Positions 39,095 to 46,597 of a stretch of DNA of 64,000 bases are shown piece after piece (within the stretch, counting starts at the first letter, position 1; each line of letters starts with the position of its first letter). Made by a program: the position numbers and the translations under genes. A model generated the notes under the pieces. The model made no database searches. It was given only the letters and a program-made list of their open reading frames with translations, and was not told the DNA's origin. The DNA lies in the IMG/VR virus record IMGVR_UViG_3300027749_000046, one strand, 5' to 3'. Origin of the DNA: a virus.

Positions 39095-39957
39095 TAAAAT
39101 TCCCCAATATGCTCGACGAGCATCTTCAATTTGTTTACGATAAAGTAGTTAAGAAGCTTGCTTCTATCTCTACTGTCCTGAACTATATATGATTCTTTGA
39201 TTTTCTCGGATATATCAGCAGGTATGCACGTTAGGTCGATAAGCTGCTGGTTTCTGGCGTAGTTGCGTGCGAGAGCGTGATTTAGATCCATGGCTATATT
39301 CTGCTCTATAAAAGCATCGATCTTCTTCTGAGTGAGAGGCTTCTGACGCTCACCTACCACAAAGCAGTTATCAGAAGATAGAACATTAGGGATACCATCG
39401 CCTGAGTCACCCTTGAGAACGTGCTCTTGAAGATAGCGTATAGGATCTGCGTGAGTTATAAACTTCTTTCTCACGGGGTCGTACTGTCTCACGTGGAGGT
39501 ACTTGTGCAGCTGGATGAAGTCCTTATCACCAGATAAGATCAGTACCTTTGCGTCTTCACCGATGGACGCCGCGGCTGTCATCTTAACGAGCGTGGCGAT
39601 GATATCGTCTGCCTCTGCCGACTCGATGTCGATCACGCGATACGGAAAGAACTCCTTGAGCTCTGCGCGAAGCTTGTTCATGCACTCAAAGATAGATACC
39701 CAGTCGAGCTCAGACTTCTCTATGTTCTTCTTGCGATTTGCCTTGTAGTAGGGAAAGATCTTCTTGCGCCAGTAGTTCTTATTATCGCAGGCGATGATCA
39801 TCTCGCCGTACTCACTGCAGAATCTATTACGATAAGATCTAATTGAGTTGAGAACCATATGCCTGATCATGTTCTCTTCGATCTTGGCGTTGGTATGATT
39901 GCCTATCTGCATCATTAAGTTAGAAAGCATCACCTGTGATAGGTCTAGTATAATCAC
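39094..39957 (-). CDS. rnh: T4-type RNase H (5'-3' exonuclease)
   Basis: YKANRKK, EADDIIA, ILSGDKDFIQL, GDSGDGIPN. Confidence 0.93.
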   Translation of the reverse strand: MIILDLSQVMLSNLMMQIGNHTNAKIEENMIRHMVLNSIRSYRNRFCSEYGEMIIACDNKNYWRKKIFPYYKANRKKNIEKSELDWVSIFECMNKLRAELKEFFPYRVIDIESAEADDIIATLVKMTAAASIGEDAKVLILSGDKDFIQLHKYLHVRQYDPVRKKFITHADPIRYLQEHVLKGDSGDGIPNVLSSDNCFVVGERQKPLTQKKIDAFIEQNIAMDLNHALARNYARNQQLIDLTCIPADISEKIKESYIVQDSRDRSKLLNYFIVNKLKMLVEHIGEF

Positions 39958-40346
39958 TCTTTTAATTCCTTCTCTATGTCATCATAGAATCGCGTGTCTA
40001 GCTCTATATTCAGCTTATTGACTATCCTGAGACTGCCGTCCTCTTCAGGGATAAAGATCTCTTGCGCTATCTGCTGAAATGGATGGTCCATCTCATAGTT
40101 ATACATCAACATGGATCTTATAGACTCGACTATGAAAGCCCCATACTTGAGCTCAAGACCGTCTTCCTGAAAATCAAAACCAGCTATATTCAACTGCTCA
40201 AAGAGCATAGGAACTACGACGGATATTGTCTCTCCTATATGAACGTGTCTTATCATGTCCATATTTGAATTTATCTCCTCAAGGGATGTTGGTCCCTTGA
40301 TATTCTGATTGATCTTTGGAAAAGATATTATGTTATTGCTATCCAT
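39954..40346 (-). CDS. Hypothetical protein
   Basis: 130 aa; NNIISFPK start; HPFQ motif. Confidence 0.7.
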   Translation of the reverse strand: MDSNNIISFPKINQNIKGPTSLEEINSNMDMIRHVHIGETISVVVPMLFEQLNIAGFDFQEDGLELKYGAFIVESIRSMLMYNYEMDHPFQQIAQEIFIPEEDGSLRIVNKLNIELDTRFYDDIEKELKE

Positions 40347-40360
40347 GTTGACCTTTATTT

Positions 40361-40400
40361 AATATATCACACGGGTGAATTTCTGTCAACTCACCCGTGT
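40361..40400 (-). promoter_or_regulatory. sigma70-like promoter (TTGACA-17-TATATT) overlapping a 10-bp inverted repeat
   Basis: Arms ACACGGGTGA (40369-40378) and TCACCCGTGT (40391-40400); the -35 box lies in the loop. Confidence 0.65.
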
Positions 40401-40404
40401 TAAA

Positions 40405-41379
40405 TTAGATTATTTTATATGAGAACATCTGCTTTGGTAGTTCTCTCGGAGAGTCCACATGACTCTTTAAGAACGCCTCCCACTGAGCGATCCTGCTATC
40501 CCAGCTATAGAAAACATCCATATAGGCCTTCTGATTCTTGAGTCTAGAATTCATAGTATCAGTACCAATATCGCCGATGATTGAGTCTAATACCGTGTAG
40601 AACATCTGCGCGTGAGAGTTCTTATCCTCATTCCACTGGTACATGAAAGTCCAGTTGCTCGCCGTCTCAGGTAGCGCGCCGAAGTTTGGATGCGCGCACG
40701 CCAGTCCAGCGCTCATTGCCTCCATTAGACACAGGCAGGAGGTCTCTTGCCAAATTGATGGATACGCAAAGATATGAGCCTGCTCAAGCGCAGATCTTAC
40801 GACCTCATTAGACTGTGTGCCGTGGTAGTTGATCTTTGGATGAGCCTCGAGCGATTCAAAGAGCTGCGTATATGGATTATCTCTCTCTTCCCAGCCGTAT
40901 AGCTTAAAGGACGAGAAGACATCTAACTCGATGTTGTCGTGCTTCTCACAGAGCTTGTTGAACACGGCGTATAAGATATCTAAACCGCGATGAGGCGTTG
41001 GTGTGTAGATCAGCTTGATCTTATCTTTTGGCTTCTCGACGAGATTAAGTGGGTTTATGGCATTGTGTATTACCATGCACTTAGACCACGGGATATTGTA
41101 CATCTCGATAAAACCACGCATCTGCCAGTGAGACGAGAATATCAGCTTAGCGAAGTTTCTCCAACCGCCGTCTTTGAGATGCTCACTTGCTGGATCACCA
41201 GCTAGATCTTGAAGCCATAAGATTCTAACGTGTTTATCTGATAGATCCTCGTGCACGCGAGACACAAAGATCTGGAAGTTATCAAGCAACTCAGGATCAA
41301 TTCTTTCTATCAACCCGTTCTTCATGATCTCAGTTCCGCCCATGGCATTACCTGCGATCTTATCAACTGCAAAAGGCAT
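40405..41379 (-). CDS. Glycosyltransferase (GT-B, family 4-like)
   Basis: GGTE, PHRGL, YPSIWQETSCLCLMEAMSAG...GALPET. Confidence 0.85.
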   Translation of the reverse strand: MPFAVDKIAGNAMGGTEIMKNGLIERIDPELLDNFQIFVSRVHEDLSDKHVRILWLQDLAGDPASEHLKDGGWRNFAKLIFSSHWQMRGFIEMYNIPWSKCMVIHNAINPLNLVEKPKDKIKLIYTPTPHRGLDILYAVFNKLCEKHDNIELDVFSSFKLYGWEERDNPYTQLFESLEAHPKINYHGTQSNEVVRSALEQAHIFAYPSIWQETSCLCLMEAMSAGLACAHPNFGALPETASNWTFMYQWNEDKNSHAQMFYTVLDSIIGDIGTDTMNSRLKNQKAYMDVFYSWDSRIAQWEAFLKSHVDSPRELPKQMFSYKII

Positions 41380-41390
41380 ATTATACTCCG

Positions 41391-42407
41391 TTATTTAATC
41401 CAATCACGGTTCTCATCGAACCAACGCGCGAGCTGTGGAATTGCATCTGCCGCTTTGTACTCTTGCTCCCAGCCTATCGCTCTTAGGTACTCGCCGGATA
41501 TGCTGTACTTAAAATCATGACCGGGACGATCTTTGCTTGGGTCTATGAGCTCGTAGTTGAGCTCTGTTCCAACGCCAGAAGCCAGTATCGATGCTACCTC
41601 AAGATTATTTAGCTCTTCTGTAGAAGCAATATTAATCTTAACGCATCTTCCAGACGTAGTATTCTCTGGTATGACAAGCGTGGGCTGCTTCAGGATGAAT
41701 AGAAGTGCGCTGGCCACGTCCTTTGCATGAAGATAGCAGCGGCCGCCGATCTTTCCTGTCTTGCTGTCGTAGTGAATAGTCAGCTTATCGTCGTTGATGA
41801 TCTTCTTCATGCATAGCGGTATAAACTTCTCTGTGCTCTGTCTCTCACCGTATACGTTCATGGTGTGAGTGATATAGATAGGAAGATTATACGTATTCTC
41901 ATAGGCCACCGCCATGGCCTCACCGGCTGCCTTAGAAGCAGAGTATGGATTTGTAGGGTTGAACCTGTCGTACTCTTTGAAAGTAGTATCAGGAACTGCG
42001 GGACCGAATACCTCATCTGTAGAGAAGTAGACTAAGCGCTCTAGATTATTTAGCGTCCTTGCAAATTCAAGGATGTTCACCGTTCCGTTGACATTATTCT
42101 CAACGAACTCCATTGGATACTTGATAGAGCGGGTAACGTGAGAAGAAGCACCGAGATGCAAGACGATATTAATATCGCCAATGAGATCTGCCGTGTGCTC
42201 GTTGACTGAAGCTCTAAGGTCGTGATAGACGATCTTTACTCGCTTTGCATCGCGACGATTCTTTAAGATGTCATGCAGGCGGTTTAGACTTCCAGAGAAG
42301 TCGAGCCTGTCTAAGCTGACTATCTCGAAGTCTGTATTGTCGAGAAGATACTCAATGAGATGGTGCCCGATAAATCCGGCACCGCCAGTAACCAATACTC
42401 TCTTCAT
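41391..42407 (-). CDS. NAD-dependent sugar dehydratase/epimerase (dTDP-glucose 4,6-dehydratase-like)
   Basis: VTGGAGFIG, SHVTRS, STDEVFG, YSASK, RPGHD. Confidence 0.9.
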   Translation of the reverse strand: MKRVLVTGGAGFIGHHLIEYLLDNTDFEIVSLDRLDFSGSLNRLHDILKNRRDAKRVKIVYHDLRASVNEHTADLIGDINIVLHLGASSHVTRSIKYPMEFVENNVNGTVNILEFARTLNNLERLVYFSTDEVFGPAVPDTTFKEYDRFNPTNPYSASKAAGEAMAVAYENTYNLPIYITHTMNVYGERQSTEKFIPLCMKKIINDDKLTIHYDSKTGKIGGRCYLHAKDVASALLFILKQPTLVIPENTTSGRCVKINIASTEELNNLEVASILASGVGTELNYELIDPSKDRPGHDFKYSISGEYLRAIGWEQEYKAADAIPQLARWFDENRDWIK

Positions 42408-42409
42408 GT

Positions 42410-42775
42410 TCAGGCCTGGCGCTGCAAGAATGCTGCTTTATGGCCTGTTATCTTGAAGTACTTAACAGCGCAGTCTAGAACAGTCTGTGGGTCAAATGTC
42501 TTGCAAGAAAATACGTCGAGATAGAACGTATTGTTCTCTTCTACAAAGTGCGCGCAGATATTTGAAGTCTCAATGAGCTGCACTAGGGTATAGCCGAGTT
42601 TATTTCCAGAACCAAAGTGGATTACCTGAGGTTCGCCATATGGCACCATGTCGATCTCTTTAACGAGCTCGCGTGCAAAGTTAGCGATGTTCTCGCCGTT
42701 TGAGATTGACTCTGGGTCTGCACCCGAGCAGTCGAGAATGAGGTGGTAACCCCAAGATGGTACTTCATTTTCCAT
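42410..42775 (-). CDS. speD: S-adenosylmethionine decarboxylase proenzyme
   Basis: GYHLILDC...GYTLVQLIETSNICAHF...YLDVFSCK. Confidence 0.82.
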   Translation of the reverse strand: MENEVPSWGYHLILDCSGADPESISNGENIANFARELVKEIDMVPYGEPQVIHFGSGNKLGYTLVQLIETSNICAHFVEENNTFYLDVFSCKTFDPQTVLDCAVKYFKITGHKAAFLQRQA

Positions 42776-42794
42776 TATTTACTCCATTTATATT

Positions 42795-42980
42795 TTAAGG
42801 ATTTGTGACAGCGTTTAGCGTGTCGTACTCGCTCGGTGAGAGCATAGCGGCGAAGTCTTTTCCATCGCGCGTAATAATAATTATCTTATTATCATTATCA
42901 ACTAGAGAGAGATAGTAATCAAAATCTCTCTCTAGTTCAGTCATATTTATTCGAATCTTACGTGATTCGTCTTCGCTCAT
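42795..42980 (-). CDS. Phd/YefM-like antitoxin-fold protein
   Basis: MTELERDFDYYLSLV...IIITRDGKDFAAMLSPSEYD; start reassigned to the ATG coupled to the upstream stop. Confidence 0.6.
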   Translation of the reverse strand: MSEDESRKIRINMTELERDFDYYLSLVDNDNKIIIITRDGKDFAAMLSPSEYDTLNAVTNP

Positions 42981-43267
42981 CAGTAGTTGTCTACAAACTG
43001 AACGTACTCGACGGTACTGATTCGAAAAGATCTCCAACCGCCTTTCTCCATGTCCCAAACAGCCATGACGTCAGGGTTCTTTGCGTGGAACTCTTTCTCT
43101 TCATTGATGTTGTGATTAGGAGGAAGCATCTGTGGTGCGAGCGTTGCTCGCATCTTGCGGGGAGTTCCATCTACCTTGGTAAAGTGAATCTCAACCACAC
43201 CGCGCTTTAGATCTTTAAGAAGCGTGGTACGGCCTTCGTCTGTTAGGCCTACAATCTCTTCGTTCAT
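42980..43267 (-). CDS. SH3/WYL-like beta-barrel protein (DUF2693-like)
   Basis: FTKVDGTPRKMRATL...VWDMEKGGWRSFR. Confidence 0.8.
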   Translation of the reverse strand: MNEEIVGLTDEGRTTLLKDLKRGVVEIHFTKVDGTPRKMRATLAPQMLPPNHNINEEKEFHAKNPDVMAVWDMEKGGWRSFRISTVEYVQFVDNY

Positions 43268-43533
43268 AGTATAACTCTCTCATTTAGAAGTTGCTGATTA
43301 TTTTGTTGACTCGATACATGTTCCCTGAGTTCTTTATAGCCACCGATGTGATATCCATCGACAATAATAACTGGAAATGTCTTTGCTGTTGGATACTTCT
43401 CAAGGAGGAATTCTTTGGTAAAGTTCACGTCGAGCTTATGCTCGAGAAACTCTATGTTCTTCTGGCGAAGAAATCCAACCGCCATCTCGCAGTAGCTGCA
43501 ACCGCTCGTGCTGTACATCTCTATGCTGCTCAT
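43264..43533 (-). CDS. nrdC: Glutaredoxin
   Basis: CSYC, TFPVI, IGGY. Confidence 0.9.
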   Translation of the reverse strand: MSSIEMYSTSGCSYCEMAVGFLRQKNIEFLEHKLDVNFTKEFLLEKYPTAKTFPVIIVDGYHIGGYKELREHVSSQQNNQQLLNERVIL

Positions 43534-43648
43534 TTTTGTTTACTAACCTCTCCCAATAAAGTGCAATATCTTTTTTATCTGCTGGATCATAACCAACTGC
43601 GATCATATCTCTACCAACTAAAATCTCAAGTTCGCTAAGTAGACTCAT
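43436..43648 (-). CDS. Hypothetical protein
   Basis: Coupled to the upstream ORF; long 3' overlap with the glutaredoxin lowers confidence. Confidence 0.4.
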   Translation of the reverse strand: MSLLSELEILVGRDMIAVGYDPADKKDIALYWERLVNKNEQHRDVQHERLQLLRDGGWISSPEEHRVSRA

Positions 43649-43860
43649 TAATCATGTTCCTCTATCTTATATATCTTGTACGTAACGTAGTCAAGATATA
43701 CATCGATTCTCTTTTTATCAACCATATCATACTGGATGCTGCAGTTATCAAAAATCAAGTTGACAACACATCCATCTGACTCAGCGATAGCCTGAAGCTT
43801 ATCAGCATGATCATCGTAGAAATCGCCTATGAATCTATCGTATTTCATATCTCTTCTCAA
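43648..43860 (-). CDS. Hypothetical protein
   Basis: 70-aa ORF immediately downstream of the tRNA. Confidence 0.55.
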   Translation of the reverse strand: MRRDMKYDRFIGDFYDDHADKLQAIAESDGCVVNLIFDNCSIQYDMVDKKRIDVYLDYVTYKIYKIEEHD

Positions 43861-43864
43861 AATT

Positions 43865-43940
43865 TGGTGGACCCGGCAGGACTCGAACCTGCAACCAGAC
43901 CGTTATGAGCGGCCGGCTCTAACCATTGAGCTACAGGTCC
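43865..43940 (-). tRNA. tRNA-Ile2(CAU) (lysidine type; could be miscalled as Met)
   Basis: GGACCTGTAGCTCAATGGTTAGAGCCGGCCGCTCATAACGGTCTGG...CCACCA; closely resembles alphaproteobacterial Ile2 sequences as I recall them. Confidence 0.9.
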
Positions 43941-43948
43941 ATAACACT

Positions 43949-43977
43949 AATATACACTAGTTTAGAATATTTGTCAA
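43949..43977 (-). promoter_or_regulatory. sigma70-like promoter (TTGACA-17-TATATT) for the tRNA-Ile2 operon
   Basis: The -10 box ends 8 nt upstream of the tRNA 5' end. Confidence 0.7.
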
Positions 43978-44391
43978 CTATATTTTTACGTGAGCTTTGT
44001 GGACTTTAACTGATATCCAGCTGTTGTACCACTCGTCGCTCTCGAGAACTTTGTTCTCAAACTGGTACTTTGCTTCCCAGTAGTTGCACTCGCCCTTTGT
44101 CTTACAGAGCCTGAGTATCTCTCGCTTGAAGTTGCTAGAGTGAACTCCTTCGACATTGAGATCTACCAAGAGATCTTTGCTAGACCCATAGTAGTCTTTC
44201 CAGTCGGAGTCGATCTTAACTCTCTTTCTCTTACCCTTGATCTTCTTTGATCGAGTAAACTTAAAGAGCTTCTTTCCGATGTATTTTTTATTACTGGTGA
44301 GATTAGTGATTAGATATACGAAGCCGACGTAGTCTTCAGACTCAAGATCAATAATCTCACCGTTGTATAGCCAAGGATTTTCATAAGACAT
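43978..44391 (-). CDS. GIY-YIG-family nuclease (catalytic domain only)
   Basis: GFVYLITN...KKYIGKK...YYGSS...FKREIL...E...YN; start at MSYENPW. Confidence 0.8.
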   Translation of the reverse strand: MSYENPWLYNGEIIDLESEDYVGFVYLITNLTSNKKYIGKKLFKFTRSKKIKGKRKRVKIDSDWKDYYGSSKDLLVDLNVEGVHSSNFKREILRLCKTKGECNYWEAKYQFENKVLESDEWYNSWISVKVHKAHVKI

Positions 44392-44417
44392 AGTGGGACT
44401 CCCTCCCACTATTTATT
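44390..44417 (-). promoter_or_regulatory. RBS-sequestering hairpin with overlapping late promoter
   Basis: AATAAATA runs into ATAGTGGGA-GGGAG-TCCCACTAT-G, a 9-bp stem that includes the AT of the start codon. Confidence 0.7.
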
Positions 44418-44685
44418 AGAACCTATCGCGATCCTGATTGTCCCAAACATCGTCCTCATCTTCGAGATAAGGAATGACGTCGTCGTCTACCTCATCTAGA
44501 GACTCATTGTATGCGCTGTCGTAGACGCTGTCGATCTTCTTTGCGGACTTTGGTTCCACATCTATATCGCTGTTATTGATAAGACTGATTAGCTCTTCAT
44601 AGAGAGAGCGCCTCTCATTCTGATCCGTAACATTTAACTTTATAGTCTCTACTAGGTCTATAAGAAATCTATCATTACGTCCCAT
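44416..44685 (-). CDS. Hypothetical acidic protein
   Basis: 89 aa; TAATG-coupled. Confidence 0.65.
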   Translation of the reverse strand: MGRNDRFLIDLVETIKLNVTDQNERRSLYEELISLINNSDIDVEPKSAKKIDSVYDSAYNESLDEVDDDVIPYLEDEDDVWDNQDRDRF

Positions 44686-45158
44686 TATTTGGTCTCCACG
44701 TATTTCTTATATGCTGCGATCCAGTCCTTAGCGATCTCCTGCTGAGCGGTCTTCATGTCAACTTTTCCATCACAGATCAACTTATGTAGTCTATTCTCTA
44801 GGGCATCCTTGATGTGAGCATTGTATGGAGTTGTAGTATACGACTGAGGCCATAGATTCTTGATGTCATTTGCGCCGCCTAGCTCGAGAGAGATAAGGTG
44901 GTCGATCTCGAACTTATCGGTCGACGGATCAATGTGGTACGCTGCGAATACTTGTTTTTTTAGTGAGTCAGGCACATTGCGTACTCCTGGCTGCGAGGTA
45001 TAACCAGAAACGCAGATCATCTCCTTGGTTGCAGCCGGATTGACTACACCTGGAGTAAGCTTTGGGTCTGGCGACTGCGGAAGATCTGCAGCGAGAGCCA
45101 TCGACCCAAGAGCCATGACAAAAGATAAGCTATAGAGAGAAATTCTTAAAAGTTTCAT
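44685..45158 (-). CDS. Secreted HNH-like nuclease-fold protein
   Basis: Signal-peptide-like MKLLRISLYSLSFVMALGSMALA; EIDHLISLELGG...NLWPQ...KDALEN. Confidence 0.7.
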   Translation of the reverse strand: MKLLRISLYSLSFVMALGSMALAADLPQSPDPKLTPGVVNPAATKEMICVSGYTSQPGVRNVPDSLKKQVFAAYHIDPSTDKFEIDHLISLELGGANDIKNLWPQSYTTTPYNAHIKDALENRLHKLICDGKVDMKTAQQEIAKDWIAAYKKYVETK

Positions 45159-46215
45159 TATTAACATCCTTCTTAACGCCACCACCTACATAGCTGGTGA
45201 TCTCAGTTTCTTGTGGAGCTACCTGTACTTCAGCGCCGCTAATCCACTTCTGTGTCCACGGCAGAGGATTAGACCCAGTCTTATACGGACAGGAAAGACC
45301 AACTGCGGTCATGCGCTTATTTGCTATCCATTCTATATATTCATTTAGTAGAGCCTTATTGAGACCGATCATAGAGCCATCTTTGAATAGATAGTTAGCC
45401 CATGCTTTCTCTTGGTCGACCGCGTCGATGAACATCTTGATGCACTCTTCTTTAGTTTCATCACGAATAATTGCAAAGTCAGGATCATCAGTCGGCAGCA
45501 CTTTAAGCAGCTGCTGAGTGCCCGCTAGATGAAGGTTCTCATCGCGTGCGATAAGCTTGATGATCTTGGCATTACCCTCCATCTTCTTCACCTCAGCAAA
45601 AGCCCACGAGCATGCAAAGCTGACGTAGAAGCGAACACCCTCGAGAATATTGACTGACATAAGTGTCAGCCACAATGCTTTCTTATGACCATACCCGCTG
45701 TTTGAAACTGATTTGTTATTATATTCAATAAGATCATCATAGTACTTGCTGATGTCACCAGCGCAGTCTACGATCTCCTTCATGTCCATCATACCGTCGA
45801 AGATAACCGACGGATCAGAGTATACGTTCCTAATGATGTGAGTGTAACTGCGTGAGTGGATAGATTCGCTGAATGCCCACGTAAGAATCCAGTTCTCGAG
45901 TTCAGGAAGTGAGCAGATAGGACTGAATGCTGCTGTTGGTGCGCGCCCTTGAACGGAGTCGAGAAGGATCTGTCGCTTGAGATTTGAGGTAAAGATGTGC
46001 TGCTCATGTGTGGTCAACGCCTTAAAGTCTTTTGCATCGCGATATACGTCGATCTCCTCTGGTCTCCAGAAGAAGCCGAGCTGCGACTGTGTGAGCTTCT
46101 CTAAGAATGGATACTTCTGCTTATCATAACGAGCGATAGTTACAGGATCGTCAAAGAACGCCTTGACTTTGGTTGGATCTTTATGATTAGTTGCATCGAA
46201 TACTGACATCACCAT
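45130..46215 (-). CDS. nrdB: Ribonucleotide reductase class Ia beta subunit
   Basis: FFWRPEE, ESIHSRSY, EGVRFYVSF, RDENLH, QVAPQETEITSY. Confidence 0.97.
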   Translation of the reverse strand: MVMSVFDATNHKDPTKVKAFFDDPVTIARYDKQKYPFLEKLTQSQLGFFWRPEEIDVYRDAKDFKALTTHEQHIFTSNLKRQILLDSVQGRAPTAAFSPICSLPELENWILTWAFSESIHSRSYTHIIRNVYSDPSVIFDGMMDMKEIVDCAGDISKYYDDLIEYNNKSVSNSGYGHKKALWLTLMSVNILEGVRFYVSFACSWAFAEVKKMEGNAKIIKLIARDENLHLAGTQQLLKVLPTDDPDFAIIRDETKEECIKMFIDAVDQEKAWANYLFKDGSMIGLNKALLNEYIEWIANKRMTAVGLSCPYKTGSNPLPWTQKWISGAEVQVAPQETEITSYVGGGVKKDVNNETFKNFSL

Positions 46216-46406
46216 CTCCCATCGTCGACATAGATTACGATCTTTAAGAATAGAACTTTAACTACTAGATCAAGTTTCAGTCCTGGATCCATATCGCTCT
46301 GTGTATTAATATGAAAGTAGAATGGCGTCTTTAACCAGTTAAATGGATTTAGAACGAATGTAAGTATTATATTAGAGTGCTTTATATAGTTAATTATGTT
46401 GTTCAT
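46209..46406 (-). CDS. Hypothetical protein
   Basis: 65 aa, between nrdA and nrdB; overlaps its neighbours. Confidence 0.55.
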   Translation of the reverse strand: MNNIINYIKHSNIILTFVLNPFNWLKTPFYFHINTQSDMDPGLKLDLVVKVLFLKIVIYVDDGRW

Positions 46407-46597
46407 TTGTTAAACTGCTCCACTAGTGCAATTCTAGATTCCCTGCTGTATCTATTCTCTAGTATGAGAATAGCTCGTCTGAGCATGCCAACCGCCAGTA
46501 GTACGACATCGTCTGCTGTATCGGTCATCATTATCTGCGTCTCAACGGGCAGCATCATCTTTGCTATCTTAATTTCCATCTTCTCTTTGTCTGTCAT
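46403..46597 (-). CDS. Hypothetical protein
   Basis: 64 aa; ATGA-coupled to nrdA. Confidence 0.6.
   Translation of the reverse strand: MTDKEKMEIKIAKMMLPVETQIMMTDTADDVVLLAVGMLRRAILILENRYSRESRIALVEQFNK

Noticed and set aside
43865-43940. tRNA as an integration (att) site of a prophage
   Set aside because: No integrase, no duplicated tRNA end and no host genes; the tRNA has its own phage promoter
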